A stretch of DNA of 32,000 nucleotides from positions 1,470,001 through 1,502,000 of the forward strand of contig NC_007484.1 of NCBI RefSeq assembly GCF_000012805.1, read 5' to 3'. The notes under the pieces were generated by a model. It saw only the letters and a list, made by a program, of their open reading frames with translations. It was not told the origin of the DNA and did no database searches. The translations under genes were made by a program, and so were the position numbers. This document shows, piece by piece, positions 23,938 to 32,000 of this stretch. Numbering within the stretch: position 1 is the stretch's first letter; the number at the start of each line of letters is the position of its first letter. This DNA is from Nitrosococcus oceani ATCC 19707. Its GTDB lineage: Bacteria > Pseudomonadota > Gammaproteobacteria > Nitrosococcales > Nitrosococcaceae.

Positions 23938-24554
23938 TTCGGCAAAACCATTGAATAATGGGCACTCAATGTAGCGAGTTGCCCCATAAAAATTAGCGTT
24001 ATTTTTAGGGCAATCAAAGCTAATATTAAAAAAAACAGCAGAGAACAGCAGAGATAAGTTGACTCAAGAGAGGGTACCAATATAACCCGTTTTCATTCTT
24101 GGCTCCGCCGGCCACTTTCTGGCCTGACCTTAGTGTAAAAATAATAGTCCTAATTATCATCCTATAGCCTCTCACGCTATAGTTACCCAGCCAGAAGAAA
24201 CGTGGAAGAAAGAAGTCCTATTAGTCTACTTAGTACTGGAGAGCTAGTGGAAAGAAAACGTTGGAGATAAATCTGAGTGAATCAGTTTACTGGTTTATTT
24301 CTGCATAGGAGGGCGCAACTCTAGGGTACAAAATTGAGGGGGCGGGCTTCCGAGACTTGAGCTTGAAGAAAGCGCTTATCGGCGGAGCACTTTTCAAAGC
24401 AGCAAAGATTAATCTCGCTGATTTGCGTCAACTGAACCGCGAAGTATTGACCCAAGAAAGCTATCTCGCATTCCAAAAAGCCTCAAAAAAAGCAAATATC
24501 TGATGCCGAGCGCTAGTTAGGTCGCTCCCGAACAGCCGGATAACCGCTTAAATA

Positions 24555-25391
24555 TTAAGTAATCTTGCTATATCCCTGGCAATCTACAAAAAACCATTGC
24601 GGTTCCTCCTTATCTAGGCGCAAGGCTACTAACTGCCCTCCCCAGACACAACCTCCATCCAGCGCGAAAACAGGCCCTTCGTAAGGGCCAACCTCCAGAG
24701 TAGCCCAATGGCCAAAGACGATGCGTTCTCCGTGGCTTGCTCGATGAGGCACCTTAAACCAGGGCATCAAGCCGCCCTTCGTTTGAGTTCCCGGAGATTC
24801 TTTGAATTTCAGGGAAAACCGCCCTTTAGCGTCACAATAACGCAACCGAGTCAAACAGTTGCTAATCGTCCGCAGACGCTCCCAGCCTTTTAGATCATCT
24901 CTCCATTGCACTGGTTTATCACCATACATATGGGCCAGAAAATCCCGCCAGTTTGGCCCCTGCAATACCGCTTCCAATTCTCTGGCGCAGGACTCTGCCG
25001 TGGCAATATCCCATTGGGGGGGTAACCCAGCGTGAATGAGCGTTATTCCCAGCTTAGAATTCCGATATAACAAGGGAAGATGGCGTAACCAGGTTATGAG
25101 TTCCTCCCGATCCGGCGCCGAGAGAATAGCAGCTAAGGTATCCTTGGAATGGAGGGGCTGAAGACCCGCTGCCACCGCCAGTAAATGGAGGTCATGATTG
25201 CCCAGTACGGTAATCGCCCGCTTTCCCAGGCCGTGGACGAAACGTATAACCTCTAATGATTTGGGCCCCCGGTTGACCAGATCGCCGGCAAGCCAGAGCT
25301 GATCCGCCTGCTCGTCAAAATGAATTTCTTTTAATAACTGCTGGAATTCATCGTAGCATCCCTGGATGTCGCCAATCGCGTAGATAGCCAT
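24555..25391 (-). CDS. apaH: bis(5'-nucleosyl)-tetraphosphatase, symmetrical
   Basis: 278 aa with the metallophosphoesterase motifs IGDIQGC, GDLVNRGP and GNHD, and the ApaH-specific N-terminus MAIYAIGDIQGCYDEFQQLL. Confidence 0.9.
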   Translation of the reverse strand: MAIYAIGDIQGCYDEFQQLLKEIHFDEQADQLWLAGDLVNRGPKSLEVIRFVHGLGKRAITVLGNHDLHLLAVAAGLQPLHSKDTLAAILSAPDREELITWLRHLPLLYRNSKLGITLIHAGLPPQWDIATAESCARELEAVLQGPNWRDFLAHMYGDKPVQWRDDLKGWERLRTISNCLTRLRYCDAKGRFSLKFKESPGTQTKGGLMPWFKVPHRASHGERIVFGHWATLEVGPYEGPVFALDGGCVWGGQLVALRLDKEEPQWFFVDCQGYSKIT

Positions 25392-25395
25392 ACCT

Positions 25396-25779
25396 TCAAT
25401 GTAAGGAGCCCGGCATCGCTAGGGTGAAAGCGGCGATCTCGGCATCAAAGGTTACGCCATCTTCTCCTACCATGCCATAACAACCATGCATGGTGCCTAC
25501 CGGTGTTTCGATCATGGCTCCGCTGGTATAGCAAAATTGTTCCCCTGGTTTGAGAGAAGGCTGCTCTCCTATGACCCCTTGCCCCCGAACTTCCCGAACT
25601 TGACCTTCCCCGTCGGTAATGACCCAGTGCCGGGTTAGCAGCTTGACGGCAATCGTTCCCAAATTATGAATAGTAATAGTATAAGCAAAGACATAACGGG
25701 CTACAGCAGGATCGGATTGTTCTTCGATAAAAGTTGTCGCTACTTCTACTATTATCTTATAAGGCTTAGGTTGTTCCAT
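25396..25779 (-). CDS. apaG: ApaG (DUF525) protein
   Basis: The ApaG core RYVFAYTITIHNLG...HWVITDGEGQVREVRGQGVIGEQP...YTSG...GTMHGCY is present. It lies 4 nt upstream of apaH. I prefer the MEQPKPYK start (25779) by length comparison with E. coli ApaG. The ORF-track start at 25824 remains possible. Confidence 0.85.
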   Translation of the reverse strand: MEQPKPYKIIVEVATTFIEEQSDPAVARYVFAYTITIHNLGTIAVKLLTRHWVITDGEGQVREVRGQGVIGEQPSLKPGEQFCYTSGAMIETPVGTMHGCYGMVGEDGVTFDAEIAAFTLAMPGSLH

Positions 25780-25810
25780 AAAACAAATATTATCTAAAGC
25801 ATCAACAATT

Positions 25811-26818
25811 CTATAATTGCTCATAAGCTAATCTCATTGCTAATCGCGAGGCTCCCAGCAGGCCAACCTTGGACTCCAATATGACCTTGACAGGGATTTG
25901 TTGCATAAGCTCAGAGAGTCGTCCTTTACTTAGGAAAGCCTCCATAAATCCGCCCGCCTGCAGGCGTTCGAGGATCTTGGGCGCGATGCCGCCAGCAACG
26001 AAAAGTCCTCCCCGCGGTAAACAAGCTAGGGCTAAATTGCCCGCTTGCGCGCCATAGATCTGGACCAGCAGATCCAACGCTTGTCCTGCTAACGGGTCTC
26101 CATGCTCCAGAGCAGAGCGGCTGATGGCCGCTGCCTGATCGCCCTCGCTCAACGCCTTTTTCAAGGCCGGGCTTTCAGCCATGCCGCTGGTTTCCTTCAA
26201 AAAATGGTAGAGCGTGACTAAGCCGCCGCCTGATAATACCCGTTCGTAGGAAACATGGTCTAACTGACGAGAAAGATAAGTCAGCAATGCAATCTGGAGT
26301 TTTCCCTGAGGGGCAAAGTCTACATGACCTCCTTCAGTAGGTAAAACCTGGTAGTGACCCGTTTGCTCCTGCCATACGAGCAATGCCTGTCCAAGCCCGG
26401 TCCCAGCGCCAATAACCGCCTGGGGAGCGGCGGCTTCCGGCTTGCCTGACTGGAGTATTGCGAAATCGTCTGGCGTTAGACCTTCAATGCCATAGCCGAT
26501 GGCCGTGAAATCATTGATTAAAACCACTTGAGGCAGCTCGAATGTTGCCTCCAAATGTGTTGCATCCAGCCGCCAGGGGAGATTAGTGGCCGTCGCCACG
26601 CCTTGCGTCACGACGCCTGCTACAGCAAAACAAGCACCCCTAAGGCCGTTTCCTGTACTGCTCGTCTCTGTCAAAAATGTTCGCAGGAGATCATCAAAGC
26701 TTGAATAATCACCGCTGAGATAACGCTGTTCCGCAAGAACCTGCGGAGTGTTTTCCCCCCAGTCAGCGATCTGAAGTAAGGTTTTGGTTCCTCCAATATC
26801 CGCAGCCAATACTTTCAT
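25811..26818 (-). CDS. glk: glucokinase
   Basis: MKVLAADIGGTKT carries the ATP-binding motif, and the length (about 335 aa) fits glucokinase. The ATG at 26818 overlaps the pgl stop (ATGA) and follows GGGAGG. Confidence 0.8.
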   Translation of the reverse strand: MKVLAADIGGTKTLLQIADWGENTPQVLAEQRYLSGDYSSFDDLLRTFLTETSSTGNGLRGACFAVAGVVTQGVATATNLPWRLDATHLEATFELPQVVLINDFTAIGYGIEGLTPDDFAILQSGKPEAAAPQAVIGAGTGLGQALLVWQEQTGHYQVLPTEGGHVDFAPQGKLQIALLTYLSRQLDHVSYERVLSGGGLVTLYHFLKETSGMAESPALKKALSEGDQAAAISRSALEHGDPLAGQALDLLVQIYGAQAGNLALACLPRGGLFVAGGIAPKILERLQAGGFMEAFLSKGRLSELMQQIPVKVILESKVGLLGASRLAMRLAYEQL

Positions 26819-27543
26819 TTTGTTACCTCCCACTTGCGGGCTGCCTCCGCATCCAAATACCAGCTAACCTCACCTTGAGCCTGCAAATGCTGCACCGGCA
26901 AAGTCTTGTCCGCTGAGGGGGATAAGACGTGGGTAACGACCGCCGCCTTATCAGCGCCAGTGACAAGAAACAGGATCTGGCGAGCTTTTTCAACGGCGGG
27001 GTAGGTTATACTAATACGCCAAGCCTTTAATTTTTTTACATAAACTGCCGCTGCCAAACGATCACGGACTGTCAATATGGGGGTCTCGGGAAACAAAGAG
27101 GCGGTATGGCCGTCTGCGCCTAACCCCAATAATATCAGATCAAAAATTTCCCCCTCCGGCAAATGAGACTGTAGCACTTGCGCATAGTCGTCTGCCGCCA
27201 GCTCGGGTTCCGGAAACTCGGTCTGTATTCTTAAAATCTGTTCCGGAGGAATGGCTACCGAATCGAGCAAGGCCTCTCGGGCCATACGGTAATTACTATC
27301 CGGGTGATCTCTGGGCACATAGCGTTCGTCCCCAAAGTAGACATGAATCCGGCGCCAGTCTATTTGGCCGGCATAAGGCTCCGTTGCTAATAATTGATAT
27401 AAGGCTCTCGGCGTGCTCCCCCCGGCCAAGGCGATATGGAAGGTTCCCGCCCTTTCAATGGCTCTTTTAGCCGTTCTCACCCAATACTCCGCCGCACTGT
27501 GATAAAGGGCCGCCGGAGTAGGAAAAACCTGAATATTAGCCAT
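26815..27543 (-). CDS. pgl: 6-phosphogluconolactonase
   Basis: 242 aa with IALAGGSTPRALYQLL and LLGLGADGHTASLFP, typical of the Pgl/NagB fold. Confidence 0.85.
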   Translation of the reverse strand: MANIQVFPTPAALYHSAAEYWVRTAKRAIERAGTFHIALAGGSTPRALYQLLATEPYAGQIDWRRIHVYFGDERYVPRDHPDSNYRMAREALLDSVAIPPEQILRIQTEFPEPELAADDYAQVLQSHLPEGEIFDLILLGLGADGHTASLFPETPILTVRDRLAAAVYVKKLKAWRISITYPAVEKARQILFLVTGADKAAVVTHVLSPSADKTLPVQHLQAQGEVSWYLDAEAARKWEVTK

Positions 27544-27681
27544 AGTAATCCTCTAATGAGTTCTAGCAAAATGAACGCAATCCCGCTCCAGCAGGGCATC
27601 TAGCAGCATTTGCTGCGCACGCTAAAAGCGAGTAACGCGGTAATTCAGCAAACGCCACTTTTCTGTTCCGCCGGTACCAAG

Positions 27682-27972
27682 TTAACCGCCATCATCAGTT
27701 CTCACAATCTCAATTTTTATTTGTTTAAACAAGGCCACCAGCGCACTTAGTGCCAACAACATCGGGGTAAAAAATAGCAATATCCCACCGATCGCGACCC
27801 CGACCGTCAGCGGAATCTCCATAAAAACATGGCCGCTAGGCTTGCGGATAACCAAACGATGCAAGTTACCCTTTTTGAGCCATTTATTAATAAAATTCAA
27901 AACTTCTTCATATTTCTCCTGGGTTTTATCTATCTGAGGGCGGTTTATATTTTTCCCGGATTGCTCTCCCAT
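27682..27972 (-). CDS. DUF4342-domain small membrane protein
   Basis: 96 aa. The pattern KKGNLHRLVIRKPSGHVFMEIPLTVGVAIGGILLFFTPMLLALSALVALFKQIKIEIVR matches my memory of DUF4342 proteins. Confidence 0.6.
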   Translation of the reverse strand: MGEQSGKNINRPQIDKTQEKYEEVLNFINKWLKKGNLHRLVIRKPSGHVFMEIPLTVGVAIGGILLFFTPMLLALSALVALFKQIKIEIVRTDDGG

Positions 27973-28109
27973 CTCATTCCCCTATCGTTAACGATTCTCC
28001 CAAAAAATCCTGCGGTTAATCTTATTTTCAGATCAATCTATTACGTTGGTATAGCCCAAAATATTTCTAACCGGGATAAAACCGCCCAATGCGGATTAAG
28101 GGGATATCA

Positions 28110-28871
28110 GTGTTTACAAAAAAAAGATATAAGGTTCGAAAATCTGCTGTTATTTTAGCTATTTTCTCGCTAGCTATGCCAGCTATCAGCAACTCAGCAG
28201 AGGACGTTCCGTCCAATTCCTATCCCCATATCCCCGAACCCATGGTATTTGATTTGGTCCGCCCTCTTGGGGCGCTGAAAGGAGAATTGGAAGCGAATAC
28301 CCTGCTGCAATATGACTTTGCTCATGATCGGACAGAAGCAAATCCAGAGGTAGAGTATACCTTTGCCGATGGCTACGGCATTGAATTTGAGCTACCGATA
28401 GACAATACCTCCGAGGAAGGTACTTCTATTGCAGCCTATAAAATTTCATTGCAGGGCACTTTTAATTACCCGCAGAGCAGTCAATTTATCCATGGTTGGC
28501 AGTATTCTGGGGAGTATTTCCCTGATCAAAACCAATATCAAAACAATGCACTTTATTTATTCGGATATCGGTTTAATAAACGTTGGAGCACGCTTAACAT
28601 GGTGGGATTGCGCCGTACCGATCTTAGCTCAAAAGGACATTTTGAGGGTTTATTCAATAGCAATCTCTTCTACACCCTATCGCCTCGATTAACAATGGGA
28701 TTGGAGATCAATTGGAAATATAAATCCAATCGCCCTGATCAAGTTTTAATCATTCCCCAGGCGCATTTAAAATTTACTAAACACACCGCGCTGCAATTTG
28801 GCGCCGGCATGCAGCGCGTACTAAACCGTAATTTTGCCCACCTAGCGGCACGGCTCATTTTTACATTCTAA
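28110..28871 (+). CDS. putative outer-membrane beta-barrel protein
   Basis: A GTG start follows AAGGGGA. The signal peptide is KKRYKVRKSAVILAIFSLAMPAISNSA. Alternating hydrophobic and aromatic beta-strand patterns run throughout, and the protein ends in the C-terminal aromatic ARLIFTF. The segment HIPEPMVFDLVRPLG is reminiscent of the 'HAEPLYID' family name; that link is tentative. Confidence 0.55.
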   Translation: MFTKKRYKVRKSAVILAIFSLAMPAISNSAEDVPSNSYPHIPEPMVFDLVRPLGALKGELEANTLLQYDFAHDRTEANPEVEYTFADGYGIEFELPIDNTSEEGTSIAAYKISLQGTFNYPQSSQFIHGWQYSGEYFPDQNQYQNNALYLFGYRFNKRWSTLNMVGLRRTDLSSKGHFEGLFNSNLFYTLSPRLTMGLEINWKYKSNRPDQVLIIPQAHLKFTKHTALQFGAGMQRVLNRNFAHLAARLIFTF

Positions 28872-28956
28872 GTATCAATCCTTATTCATAAATAATTCAG
28901 GCACGGATCGTAAAGTGATCACTCGATACTCAGCAACACCCCTTAAGGAGGGTTCA

Positions 28957-29268
28957 ATGAACGCAAGAAAATTGATGTTAATCATGAGCATTCTAGGTTT
29001 GGCGGGTACAGGGATAGCCCATGCCGATGATATCGGTCCAGACCAGGCAATTAAGTTGATGCAGGAGGGTAAAATTCAGTCCTTTGAAAAACTCAACGAA
29101 GCTGCCCTTGCTAAACATCCCGGCGCCACCGTAGAAGAGACCGAGCTGGAGAAAGAGCGCGGCGGCTATGTGTATGAAGTAGAACTGCGGGATACCCAGG
29201 GCGTTGAGTGGAAGGTAGAACTCGATGCGGTAAGCGGTAAAATTCTTCGTGATGATAAGGATGATTAA
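28957..29268 (+). CDS. secreted PepSY-domain protein (paralog 1)
   Basis: AAGGAGG precedes the ATG at 28957. The signal peptide is MNARKLMLIMSILGLAGTGIAHA. The PepSY core is ALAKHPGATVEETELEKERGGYVYEVELRDTQGVEWKVELDAVSGKIL. Confidence 0.8.
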   Translation: MNARKLMLIMSILGLAGTGIAHADDIGPDQAIKLMQEGKIQSFEKLNEAALAKHPGATVEETELEKERGGYVYEVELRDTQGVEWKVELDAVSGKILRDDKDD

Positions 29269-29276
29269 TGACCCAT

Positions 29277-29301
29277 GGGGCGGCTAGAAGGCCGCCCCTT
29301 T
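29277..29301 (+). terminator. intrinsic terminator candidate after PepSY paralog 1
   Basis: A perfect 8 bp GC stem ggggcggc / gccgcccc with a 6 nt loop (tagaag), followed by ttt. Confidence 0.55.
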
Positions 29302-29397
29302 CACCTGGAAATACCCCCCGGCTCTTTGCAAGCCCCGTTCATTTAGAATCGTACAGTTGGATACTCAATACGCAGCAACAGCCCCTAAGGAGCGCCC

Positions 29398-29716
29398 ATG
29401 AACATAGAACAATTGTCATTAATTGCAAGTATTTTAAGCCTGGCTGGCACGATGATAGGGTATACCGATACTATTAGCGTTGATCCGAACCAAGCGGTAG
29501 AATTGGTGAAAGAAGATAAAATTCAACCCTTTGAACAGCTTAACAGATTTGCGCTTGCCAAGCATACCAATGCCACTATGGAAACTAGCAAACTGGAATC
29601 GGAATATGGCCACTATACTTAACAAAGTAGAATTGCGGGACGCCCAAGGTATTCAATGGGAAGTGGAGCTAGACCCAACCAATGGTAAGATTATCCGTGA
29701 TCAGCAAGACGACTAA
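29398..29716 (+). pseudogene. PepSY-domain paralog 2, split by a 1 nt frameshift
   Basis: ORF 29398..29622 ends ...KLESEYGHYT*. The rest of the domain ([33 protein letters not shown]) continues in another frame (ORF 29531..29716). Joined together, the two pieces are colinear with paralog 1. Confidence 0.7.
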
Positions 29717-30026
29717 GCGCCCCTGGACGGTCCTTCTGGTTATCCTCACCCTTGCCTTGGGTATGTCGGGCACGCTAAAAGCACGGGACTTGGGCCATGA
29801 GGAAGCGCTCCGCTTGCGGCAAACGGGTACTATCCTTCCCTTTGAGCAGATCCTGGCGCGGGCGCTCAAGGCTTACCCTGGCGCTCAATTGCTGGAATCG
29901 GAGCTGGAGCGGGAAGACGGCCTCTATGTCTATGAACTGGAAATACTCACTCCCGCCGGCGTGGTCCATGAAATTGAAATCAACGCCAACAATGGTCAAT
30001 TCATCGAGGACGAGATAGAGGACTAA
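29682..30026 (+). CDS. secreted or membrane-anchored PepSY-domain protein (paralog 3)
   Basis: 114 aa with an N-terminal hydrophobic segment ([16 protein letters not shown]) and the PepSY core [48 protein letters not shown]. Its stop overlaps the response-regulator start (TAATG). Confidence 0.75.
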   Translation: MVRLSVISKTTKRPWTVLLVILTLALGMSGTLKARDLGHEEALRLRQTGTILPFEQILARALKAYPGAQLLESELEREDGLYVYELEILTPAGVVHEIEINANNGQFIEDEIED

Positions 30027-30685
30027 TGCGCCTGCTGCTGGTGGAAGACAATGTGGCCCTGGCCGATGAACTTTTGCCTTTGTTTAAGGGCTATGGCTAC
30101 GCGGTGGATTGGCGGGTGGATGGTCGGGATGCATTACTGGCGGTTCACGATGAATCTTATGATATGGTCGTTCTGGATCTGGGCCTGCCGGGCCTGGATG
30201 GTCTTCAGGTGCTGCAGCACTGGCGTGCTGAGGGGGTAACTCTGCCGGTGCTGATTCTCACTGCCCGGGATGCCTGGGCAGAGCGTCTGGAAGGCTTGCG
30301 CGCTGGTGCCGACGATTATCTGAGCAAGCCATTCCACCCGGACGAGTTGCTATTGCGGGTGCAAGCAGTGTTGCGGCGCAGCCATGGCACGGTCAATAGC
30401 CCGCGGCTGGAAGCCGGGGGGCTGGCCCTGGATGAAGACCGACAGAGTGTTTGGCAGGGGGATCAGGAATACGAACTGACCCGGGGGGAATTTCGCTTAT
30501 TGCGTTGCTTTATGCTGCACCCGGGCAAGGTGCTTAGTCGGATGGAGCTGAGCGAACATCTCTATGATGGTGAAAGCGAGCGGGACAGCAATGTATTGGA
30601 GGTGCATATTAGCCGGCTACGCCGCAAACTGGGTGACCCAGTGATTGAAACCCGTCGGAACCAAGGCTACCGCTTCAAGAAATGA
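30026..30685 (+). CDS. OmpR/PhoB-family response regulator
   Basis: A canonical receiver ([31 protein letters not shown]) plus a winged-helix output domain ([12 protein letters not shown]..., [11 protein letters not shown]). Confidence 0.9.
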   Translation: MRLLLVEDNVALADELLPLFKGYGYAVDWRVDGRDALLAVHDESYDMVVLDLGLPGLDGLQVLQHWRAEGVTLPVLILTARDAWAERLEGLRAGADDYLSKPFHPDELLLRVQAVLRRSHGTVNSPRLEAGGLALDEDRQSVWQGDQEYELTRGEFRLLRCFMLHPGKVLSRMELSEHLYDGESERDSNVLEVHISRLRRKLGDPVIETRRNQGYRFKK

Positions 30686-32000
30686 GCTCTATCGGCCGCC
30701 AATTAGGCGTTAGTTTATTTATCAGTTTGCTGGTGCCGGGTGTGCTGGCGGGACAAACTGCTATCTGGTGGCTGGATCAGCGCCAACGCGCCACCCTCGC
30801 CGCTAGCCTGCGAGAAGAAACCGTCAGCGTGCTGGCGGCATTAGCCCGGGGGGGCAACGGCCTGCGCCTAGACCGCCAAGCCCTTGATCAAGTCTACCAG
30901 CGGCCCTTATCTGGTCGCTATTTTCTGATTATTACCCCACAAGCGCGTTGGCGCTCCCGCTCCTTATGGGATACTCAGTTTGAGGAACCAGAGCAGGAGG
31001 GGCTTAGTGCTACCTTGGTAGATGGTCCCCAGGATCAAAAACTATTGCGCTATCGCGCCCATTATCAAATGGCGAGTCAGCCCGTTATTGTGGTGGTAGC
31101 CCAGGATTATGCGCCGCAATTGCAGGATTTCAGCCGCCTTAAAACAGGCGCTCTGGTAGCTTGGATAGCGCTCCTCGCGGTACTGGCGGCCGTTCAGCAG
31201 GGACTCATCCGGCGCGGGCTTCGCCCGCTTCTCCAAGTGCGCCAGCAATTGCAACAATTCCGTAAAGGCCAGCGCGCTACGCTGGATAAAAACGTGGCGC
31301 GCGAACTTAAACCCCTGGTAGAAGAAGTGAACCGACTCCAGGGCGATATTGAACGGCAACTACGCCGCTCTCGCCATGCCCTGGGAGATCTAAGCCATGG
31401 GTTGAAAACCCCACTGGCAGTCATGAAAAATCAGTCCCGTACACAATTGCTTGCTCTTTCTCCTGTTCTTGCAGGCAGCTTCAATGAGCAACTCTCGCAA
31501 ATGGAAGCTGGCATCAAGCGAGCCTTGGGGCGGGCCCGTATTGCTGCCAGCACAACCCCCACCAACCGTTTTACACCTGTTGAAGATGTCCCCCTATTGC
31601 TGCGTACTCTGCAACGGGCACATGATCGTGATCTAAATCTGGCGATCGAGGGGGTGTTGCCGCCAGCATTGCCCCTGGAACGGGAGGATATGCTAGAAAT
31701 TCTCGGCAATCTGCTGGACAATGCCTGTAAATGGACCCATCGCACCGTTGCCCTATCGTTGCAACGACAATCTACCGCGCTACTTATTACCGTGGTGGAT
31801 GATGGTCCGGGGATTGCACCGTCACAGCGGCAGGCAGTGTTGGCGCGGGGTCAACGTCTGGATCAGCAAGTACCTGGCCAAGGGCTAGGACTAGGGATTG
31901 TCAGTGACATGGTGGACGCCTATGGCGGAGAGCTAACCTTGGATGAAAATCCTGGAGGTGGATTGTTAGTACGGGTACGTTTGCCGCTGGCTGATTTGGG
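30682..32000 (+). CDS. sensor histidine kinase (partner of the OmpR-type regulator), 3' end beyond the window
   Basis: Not in the ORF track because it has no stop in the window. The ATG overlaps the regulator stop (ATGA). My translation gives two TM segments flanking an approximately 130 aa periplasmic region, then a HAMP-like region. The kinase boxes follow: H-box [16 protein letters not shown]-box [12 protein letters not shown]1 DDGPGI and G2 GQGLGLGIV. Confidence 0.85.
   Translation, partial: MSSIGRQLGVSLFISLLVPGVLAGQTAIWWLDQRQRATLAASLREETVSVLAALARGGNGLRLDRQALDQVYQRPLSGRYFLIITPQARWRSRSLWDTQFEEPEQEGLSATLVDGPQDQKLLRYRAHYQMASQPVIVVVAQDYAPQLQDFSRLKTGALVAWIALLAVLAAVQQGLIRRGLRPLLQVRQQLQQFRKGQRATLDKNVARELKPLVEEVNRLQGDIERQLRRSRHALGDLSHGLKTPLAVMKNQSRTQLLALSPVLAGSFNEQLSQMEAGIKRALGRARIAASTTPTNRFTPVEDVPLLLRTLQRAHDRDLNLAIEGVLPPALPLEREDMLEILGNLLDNACKWTHRTVALSLQRQSTALLITVVDDGPGIAPSQRQAVLARGQRLDQQVPGQGLGLGIVSDMVDAYGGELTLDENPGGGLLVRVRLPLADL

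Noticed and set aside
27603-27616. Palindrome gcagca-tt-tgctgc upstream of pgl as a HexR/Cra-type operator
   Set aside because: It does not match the operator consensus sequences I remember for HexR or Cra. A 6-2-6 dyad is short enough to occur by chance.
1-32000. Scan for tRNA, rRNA, tmRNA, CRISPR arrays, integrase or att sites and toxin-antitoxin pairs
   Set aside because: I found no TpsiC-arm-like GGTTCGAATCC-type sequences in intergenic DNA, no regularly spaced direct repeats, and no integrase or small paired ORFs with TA features. This was an eyeball scan, so short ncRNAs cannot be excluded.

Overview
This 32 kb window looks like a proteobacterial, probably gammaproteobacterial, chromosomal segment. 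The hopanoid genes, IS630 elements and PEP-CTERM-type acyltransferase are reminiscent of Nitrosococcus- or methanotroph-like lineages, but that is inference only. I can support about 35 protein-coding genes or gene remnants. I saw no rRNA, tRNA or CRISPR array.

Gene order, left to right:
- Hopanoid genes: shc (partial, not in the ORF track) and sqs.
- An uncharacterised membrane/coiled-coil protein, a Prx5-type peroxiredoxin and an Slp lipoprotein.
- A fatty-acid-hydroxylase/sterol-desaturase family protein and a LuxI-fold 'PEP-CTERM-associated' acyltransferase.
- A 0.9 kb AT-rich non-coding gap with a 40 bp perfect palindrome and chained mini-ORFs.
- A KaiC-like operon: KaiC-like double ATPase, stand-alone pseudo-receiver, then pseudo-receiver + degenerate GGDEF + intact EAL.
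- An IS630 element with TA duplication and an A8 frame offset.
- A scar of gene fragments: a 5'-truncated nitroreductase, a 375 bp duplicated internal piece of the acyltransferase gene, and an IS630 remnant.
- hdeD, and a periplasmic cupin with an in-frame TAG.
- A same-strand metal cluster: small membrane ORF, CzcB, CzcA, clade-D beta-carbonic anhydrase, ZIP transporter fused to LysM, half-size UPF0016/GDT1.
- An orphan family-5 ABC substrate-binding lipoprotein.
- pgl-glk-apaG-apaH.
- DUF4342 and an outer-membrane beta-barrel candidate.
- Three tandem PepSY paralogs (the middle one frameshifted) ahead of an OmpR-type response regulator and a sensor kinase that runs off the right edge.

The most interesting candidate for an undescribed system is the KaiC-like / pseudo-receiver / c-di-GMP phosphodiesterase operon at 7.5-11.2 kb. 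Secondary candidates are the ZIP-LysM fusion within the metal cluster, the acyltransferase + hydroxylase pair, and the PepSY array with its two-component system.

All family assignments come from reading the translated sequences against remembered family motifs. No searches were run.
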